64,000 nt of DNA, from the NCBI GenBank assembly GCA_965223665.1, contig OZ245011.1, positions 1,696,001-1,760,000 of the forward strand, in the 5' to 3' direction. The position numbers and the translations under genes are program-made. Every line of letters begins with the position of its first letter. The first letter of the stretch is position 1. Positions 58,408-64,000 of this stretch are shown one piece after another. The stretch comes from Nitrospinaceae bacterium. Lineage in GTDB: Bacteria; Nitrospinota; Nitrospinia; Nitrospinales; Nitrospinaceae. The notes beneath the pieces were generated by a model. It did no database searches. It was given only the letters and a program-made list of their open reading frames with translations, and had not been told where the DNA came from.

Positions 58408-60099
58408 TTAATGATCGTCGTAAATGAACTGGTTGGACTTTTTGTCGAATTCCAGTTTATAGATATCCCATTTCTGCGAAGCGGATCGGGGTTCCTCCAG
58501 TTTTTGCGCGATGATGACTTTATCGCCGAGGGCTCTTAGGGTAATCATTCCATAGACGGCCACATTTCTGTCTTTCTTCATTTCCAGAGACTCGATCAGT
58601 TTTTTCTTTTTCTTTTTATCCGTCTCCGCATCAATCTGCTGAACAATTCCCTTTAAGGCAAGATACTGGACAAACCGTGGCGTGAACTCGCGCGTGCTTC
58701 GCGCCAACTCGGTGGAAAAAATCAGCGGACGTCTGCCGCGACCATACCTGCCGTAAGCGCCCAGCGCATCCGGGCGCGGGTGACTGTGCGACTCCTGATC
58801 TCCACTGGAAATCACCGTGGCCACAGCATTGAGCGAACGTATAAACCCATCAATAATATGCTGGCTGCCATGATGGCACGCTTTCGCGACATCCACCTCA
58901 AAGATATCGCGACCGGTTTTTTCCAGATCGGCAACCATTTTTTCCAGAGCATCCAGTTTTTTCTGGTCGGATGTTTTCAAAGGCTGCTTCTTTGCTTTGA
59001 GTTTTCCGATGAGTTTTTCCAACTCTTCAGGAGTGTGCTTCGTCCCGGCATAAGTTTTTAGAAGAAAGTTCTGCGACTGGCTGTTCAGGTCACCCCCTAA
59101 CAACAGCGTCAGGTTTTTGTACCTGGCTTTGAAGATAACGCTGTGGCCGTTTTTAGTGATCCCTTCTAATCCCAGAGTTCGCACCGTTACCAGATTTTTG
59201 GTTTTGAATTTCTTGCGTTCCTGTATGGGTCCTAATATTTGCAGAGAAAACTTTCTGTTTTTTTCAAACCCTGGCAGGAATTCCTTTTTACCAAGGTTCT
59301 TAATGCTGACGCCCACCGTTTTCACGGAAGCCGATTTTGTGTTTTTGTAAAGGGCTCGGAAAGCGGAGATCAGACGCTTGCTGGTTTTAGGAAATTTTTT
59401 AACCAGTTTTTTCATTTCAGTCGCGCTGGTGACATAGTCAAACAGATAAGTCTCACCATCCTTCTTGAAGGTCCCTCCCAGGTCATCGGGATACTTTACT
59501 CCTTTAACTTTTTTTTCCTTGGGACGTTCGACAATTCCGTTGTGATAAACCTCATCGAAAGTTAATTTGGGATTCTGAAATACGTGTTTAAACCCCCCAT
59601 AGTGATCTTCATCCGGATGAGACATCACCACATGATCTATTTTCATTGGCTTCTTTTCTTTTTGATCCGGGTCAAAACCTTCAACATCTTTTACATTTCG
59701 AGAACGCAGATTGTACCGCCAGCAAAGAAATCGGTGCATGTTATCCGAGACTCCGGCATCTATGAGCAACACCTTGTCATTGGGCGTCACAATGTGGCAG
59801 CCATCGCCCTGCCCTACATCCACAAAGTTCACTTCCAGAGCGCGTTCAGAATCAAACTCATCAATTTCCAGCCATCCGTTGTTACCGCGAGCCCGCACCC
59901 TGGCGTAAGTGGCCGATCTTGCTTTGCCGCTTCGTGTTCTCCATTTATGGACATGCGTTTCCCCCAGGTATTTGATCCAGTCCCCTAGCAATAAATGATT
60001 CACACTACCTGAACCTTTTTTGGTTTCTTTTAAAACCACAGAATGTTTGCAGATAAAGTAGCTTTTCTGATCAACTAAATCATTCACCGATAAAGTCAT
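58408..60099 (-). CDS. Metallo-beta-lactamase-fold hydrolase (ComEC/Rec2-like) with SH3-like N-terminus
   Basis: FVDVGQGD, LIDAG, SHPDEDHYGG, NGHS, GDL, HHGS, ISSG..ESHSHP. Confidence 0.88.
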   Translation of the reverse strand: MTLSVNDLVDQKSYFICKHSVVLKETKKGSGSVNHLLLGDWIKYLGETHVHKWRTRSGKARSATYARVRARGNNGWLEIDEFDSERALEVNFVDVGQGDGCHIVTPNDKVLLIDAGVSDNMHRFLCWRYNLRSRNVKDVEGFDPDQKEKKPMKIDHVVMSHPDEDHYGGFKHVFQNPKLTFDEVYHNGIVERPKEKKVKGVKYPDDLGGTFKKDGETYLFDYVTSATEMKKLVKKFPKTSKRLISAFRALYKNTKSASVKTVGVSIKNLGKKEFLPGFEKNRKFSLQILGPIQERKKFKTKNLVTVRTLGLEGITKNGHSVIFKARYKNLTLLLGGDLNSQSQNFLLKTYAGTKHTPEELEKLIGKLKAKKQPLKTSDQKKLDALEKMVADLEKTGRDIFEVDVAKACHHGSQHIIDGFIRSLNAVATVISSGDQESHSHPRPDALGAYGRYGRGRRPLIFSTELARSTREFTPRFVQYLALKGIVQQIDAETDKKKKKKLIESLEMKKDRNVAVYGMITLRALGDKVIIAQKLEEPRSASQKWDIYKLEFDKKSNQFIYDDH

Positions 60100-60449
60100 C
60101 TTGTCTCTCCACAAAGTTTTTTAAACCAGTAGGACCGTGCCAGCGAGTGGCTTGAAAGGTGAACTGGCAATGGATGTGTTGGGTTCATAAACCCTGTACC
60201 CAGGCTCGGTAGTACAAAACGTTAGCATCAAACCTCATTGTATTCATTGGTTCTTTTTTCAGTCCGAGCCAGGTTTTCTTAATGTGTGCAGGAACTCCCC
60301 GACAATTTTGGAAATGAACCGAAGGAACCATAAATAGTTTTCTTACAAGAATATTGAGTTTTGAAGAATTAATAAGCTTTTGCTGTTTATTCCATTCCAA
60401 GAAAAATCTATAAAGAATTAATGTAAATTGGAATCAATAACTTAGAGTC

Positions 60450-60478
60450 ATCATAGGAATTATAAGCCATCCTGTCAA
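60450..60478 (-). promoter_or_regulatory. Near-consensus sigma70 promoter, duplicate of 58224..58252
   Basis: Minus strand TTGACA-ggatggcttataattcc(17)-TATGAT; IHF-consensus AATCAATAACTTA at 60432-60444. Confidence 0.7.
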
Positions 60479-61002
60479 ATTGGATTGAAGGCTATTATTA
60501 AGTATAGGCAAAATCCTACAAACATTGAGACTTTTCAATAAAAACCGTTTTCCCTCACTTAAAATTCACTGAGCCAAGAAAGATAACCTTATAAAAAAAC
60601 ATTCAGTTACCTTCAGTTCTACTTTTTTTACAAGTTTTAAGTTTTTTTATTTTCACCTCTACCTACCCTAATTACCCCTTTTTTAACCCTTATGGTCTAT
60701 TGACAATATGGACCTATCGGGGTAGTTTTGCTTAAAAAGGGAAATTGGCTATATCCATTTAAAAGAGGAAAAAGATAATGAAACGGATTTTTTCTTGTTT
60801 GGGTAAAAATCTTAAGAAAGTGGGGTTGCAAGCTCAATGCAATGTCATCGGCAGATTTTCTGAAGAAAATTGATCGCTCATTTTAATTAGAAGCCTTCGG
60901 GCTACAGAATTTTTTCTTTATTTTTATTTTTTTCTAAACGATCGGATTCATTTTTCTACAAAAATTGTTTGAAGGCTTTATTCCTTTTAAGGAGGAAACA
61001 AA

Positions 61003-62283
61003 ATGCGGGCGATTTCAAATTTGATCGTTTCCATTATTCTATTATTTTTCAGCGTACCTTCTTTTGCGGTGACTGCAAGTTTTACGGCAGTGGAAGACAG
61101 TTTCATCAGCGAGACTGATCCCACGCATAACTTTGGTTCCGATACGGCTCTTTTAGCAGACGGCGATGACGGCTTGGGTGGGGAACTATGGACATTAATC
61201 AAGTGGGATGTTTCTTCTATACCCTCTAATGCAATTGTGTCTGCCGCTTCGATCAAACTGAACCTGTTCGACTCCAGCGGTGGTCCCTACAATATCATTC
61301 GTCAAAACACCCCCTGGAGTGAAGGCACGGTAAACTGGGGCAACCGAACCGGTTCGGCACTCGTTCGTGGAATCATACCGGCGTTTAGCTTAGGACAAGT
61401 CACTATTCCTTTGAATGAGCACGGAATCAATTTAGTGCAGGGATGGCTGGATGGCGGTTTCGTCAACAACGGAATCACCATTCGCACAGCAGGTACCACC
61501 AATGGAATCGACATGGACTCACGAGAATCCGGAGGGTTTTCTCCAACTTTGGAAGTGACTTATACTCTCGCAGAACCCACTTTAGAATCATTACAAGCAG
61601 AAATCGATCAATTGAAGGCTTTGCTAGCCGGAGTGACACGAACCGGAGATAATTTAAACTTTGATGGTATGAATGTTCGAATCCGCAATGGGCTGGGTGC
61701 AACGAACGGCAATCCCGATCAAACGGATTTAACCGATCCGACAGATACCGTCGTGAACGGTCTCGGAAATTTAATTGTGGGTTATGATGAGCCTGCTTAT
61801 GATATCCATGGCAACATAAGCAACATTCAAGAAAAAACAGGTTCTCATAATATAGTGGTTGGGCCGGGGCATAACTATTCCAGTTTTGGTGGACTTGTCT
61901 CAGGCTTTAGTAATCGGATATCGGGTCCTTACACAAGTGTAAATGGAGGCTTTATCAATTGGGCCAAAGGAATTTTTTCCAGTATTGGTGGTGGAAGAGA
62001 AAACTTTGCACAAGGACAGTCCTCAACTGTTTCAGGAGGAGAAACGAATAATGTTTTTGGATTTGCTTCAAGCATAAGCGGTGGATATAACAACGTGGCC
62101 TTGGGTGAAAACTCCAGTGTAAATGGAGGATTCCAAAACCGAGCTGAAGGCAGATCTTCGAGTATCCTCGGGGGCCGAAATAATGAGACTCTTGGCTCCT
62201 ACTCTACGATTAGTGGGGGAAACGGTCGAACCGCATCGGGTACTGACGACTGGGTCGCAGGGAGTTTGTTTGAAGATTTTTAA
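61003..62283 (+). CDS. DNRLRE/beta-roll repeat protein, paralogue 5 (7 repeats)
   Basis: AAGGAGG RBS; same architecture; ends DWVAGSLFEDF. Confidence 0.85.
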   Translation: MRAISNLIVSIILLFFSVPSFAVTASFTAVEDSFISETDPTHNFGSDTALLADGDDGLGGELWTLIKWDVSSIPSNAIVSAASIKLNLFDSSGGPYNIIRQNTPWSEGTVNWGNRTGSALVRGIIPAFSLGQVTIPLNEHGINLVQGWLDGGFVNNGITIRTAGTTNGIDMDSRESGGFSPTLEVTYTLAEPTLESLQAEIDQLKALLAGVTRTGDNLNFDGMNVRIRNGLGATNGNPDQTDLTDPTDTVVNGLGNLIVGYDEPAYDIHGNISNIQEKTGSHNIVVGPGHNYSSFGGLVSGFSNRISGPYTSVNGGFINWAKGIFSSIGGGRENFAQGQSSTVSGGETNNVFGFASSISGGYNNVALGENSSVNGGFQNRAEGRSSSILGGRNNETLGSYSTISGGNGRTASGTDDWVAGSLFEDF

Positions 62284-62780
62284 ATTTTTTGTGCAAGCCT
62301 CTGGCCCCTCCTTTGGCTTGCCAGGCTTACTCGCCGTAGGGGAGAGGTTCCGCTAGATTGTGCCTCTATGGCGGGTGAGCCATTTTTATATCTAACCCGA
62401 GTTTATAATGGGCTCACCTTGCCTAAATACCAGATGCCTGATTTGACATAAAAGATTCTCATTCTCATTTTTGTTTCCAGTCCCCCTTCTTTTCCCTTTT
62501 GCCAAAAAACAGGGAATAAACTCATCCCGTGAAGATCAATCTATATATAGGGGTACGTTTAAGTTCCTGAAGGCTATTCGGAAGGAATTTAAAAAGGAGA
62601 TTTTTGGCGGAAATAGTAACAAAAAAATAATCAGGAGACACCCGAGCCTAATCGAACCCTTTCCTAAAAAAGGGTTCCGGCATTATCCGTTAACTAAATC
62701 CACCATCTGCTAAAAACCTTCTTTCATAAAACGTCTTCCAGGCCTTCGGAAAACACCACATTTAAATATGGAGGTGCGTC

Positions 62781-63191
62781 ATGGCAAAAGTTTATGAATT
62801 CATGAGTTCCCCGATTTTGTCCACGACTCCCGAGACGCTGGCCTGTGAAGCGGTTAATCTCATGCAAAAAAAACTGGTATCCTCTCTCCTGGTGGAAGAC
62901 AATAACAATTACATTGGAATCTTTACTAAAACCAATTGGGTGCATCTGGTGCTGCAGGAAGAATGCGATCCCAACCAGATAAAAGTTTCCGAGCTGATGT
63001 CTTCCCCCATTGTCACCATCGGCAAGAATGAATCTTTACTGCAGGCGAGTGCTCTTATCGAAATGCACAGCATCCGTCATCTGGCGGTAAAGGACCAGGA
63101 TAAAATTGTGGGAATCCTTTCAGTTAAAGATTTGGAGAGATATTACTTTCGTTTACATCAGAAAGATGGGATTGCACAATATGGTTGTTGA
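62781..63191 (+). CDS. CBS domain pair protein
   Basis: V.EFMSSPI, SSLLV, IGIFT; V.ELMSSPIVTI, IRHL.V, VGILS.KDL. Confidence 0.92.
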   Translation: MAKVYEFMSSPILSTTPETLACEAVNLMQKKLVSSLLVEDNNNYIGIFTKTNWVHLVLQEECDPNQIKVSELMSSPIVTIGKNESLLQASALIEMHSIRHLAVKDQDKIVGILSVKDLERYYFRLHQKDGIAQYGC

Positions 63192-63248
63192 AAAAACTAA
63201 TTTGGTAATAAAAAATTAAAGGATCGCTAACTCTGAGAAACTTGCAAA

Positions 63249-64000
63249 TCAGACTTGAGGATTTTCCGAGGGTTCCTTCTTTGCTTTAACGGAAGCCAGC
63301 CCGTTTAAAGAATGGGGAGAAACGCCGTCGAAAATTTCATAGCGATCCCTTCCATTTTCTTTGGCTTGATATAAAGCCTTGTCTGCCATTTCCACCAGCG
63401 ACTCGACGGATTGGACATTGGGAATCATCGTCGCCACTCCCAGGCTAATCGTAATAACTTTGGAAGAATCATTATCGTAAGGAATCAACCTTAAGTTTCG
63501 AACGGAATCACCCAATTGCTTAGCCAACTGCGTTGCACCTTCCAGTTGCGTAACCGGCAGCAGGATGGCGAACTCTTCACCACCCACTCGGCACAATATA
63601 TCTCCGGGCCGTTTCAACTGGGATTGAACAAAACGAGAAATATCTATCAGGCATTGGTCTCCTATAGGATGCCCGTAATCGTCATTGACCTTTTTGAAAA
63701 AATCAAGGTCGAACATAATAAGGGAAATGGGCAACCCCAGTCGTTTACAACGGGACCACTCATTAATCAATTGCTCGTCAAAGTATCGTCGATTGTGCAC
63801 TCCCGTCAATGCATCTTGATACGAAAGTCTTTCCAGGTGGGCATTGGAAGTTTCTAATAAAGAATTGAGGTTTTTCAATTCCTTTTCGGACGCTTTTCTT
63901 TCAGTGATATCCCGAAGAATTCCTGTGAACATGATTTGACCATCAATCTCCATACGGCTTACCGCCAGATCTAATGGAAACGTGGTCCTGTCCTTTCTAA
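63249..64000 (-). CDS. PAS/PAC-GGDEF diguanylate cyclase, 5' end beyond the window
   Basis: Frame is open to the window edge (RKDRTTFPLDLAVSRM...RDITERK); DALTG..NRR, D.D.FK..ND.YGH..GD, RPGD I-site, GGEEF. Confidence 0.93.
   Translation of the reverse strand, partial: RKDRTTFPLDLAVSRMEIDGQIMFTGILRDITERKASEKELKNLNSLLETSNAHLERLSYQDALTGVHNRRYFDEQLINEWSRCKRLGLPISLIMFDLDFFKKVNDDYGHPIGDQCLIDISRFVQSQLKRPGDILCRVGGEEFAILLPVTQLEGATQLAKQLGDSVRNLRLIPYDNDSSKVITISLGVATMIPNVQSVESLVEMADKALYQAKENGRDRYEIFDGVSPHSLNGLASVKAKKEPSENPQV

Noticed and set aside
60185-60400. 71-aa ORF between the promoter and the MBL gene
   Set aside because: TTG start without a clear RBS and no recognisable motif; it may be leader sequence, so I cannot support it.
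1-64000. tRNA, rRNA and known riboswitches
   Set aside because: No cloverleaf with a T-loop or recognisable riboswitch consensus was found by eye; tRNAscan-SE and Rfam scans would be needed to exclude them.

Overview
64 kb of bacterial accessory DNA with no rRNA, tRNA, CRISPR array, integrase or transposase that I could recognise. The genome style is tentatively Nitrospinota-like, an unverified inference. Main contents: (1) A sigma54/RtcR-controlled RNA-repair locus with rtcR divergent from rtcB-rtcA. It is followed by three ~64-nt tandem structured RNA-like repeats showing compensatory base changes and a Y-RNA-like shape, then a frameshifted alpha-helical (probably ROT/TROVE-like)+TerD gene. 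This is the strongest candidate for an under-described ribonucleoprotein system. (2) An arsR-cadI/arsI-arsC islet bounded by a 57-bp duplication of the rtcR 3' end. (3) A translationally coupled iSTAND-like / MoxR AAA+ / membrane vWA-like-TPR ternary conflict-type operon, flanked by paralogous secreted low-complexity genes. (4) Five mosaic paralogues of a secreted DNRLRE(CBM96-like)-coiled coil-15-aa beta-roll repeat protein ending in DW(V/Q)AGSLFEDx. (5) A dispersed palindromic MITE/REP-like repeat family. (6) Assorted exported proteins, plus a histone-fold-like mini-protein, a Trypco2-like + WSC pair, tandem ATP-grasp genes, an MBL hydrolase, a CBS protein and a PAS-GGDEF gene. All family calls are motif recognition by eye; no database searches were run.
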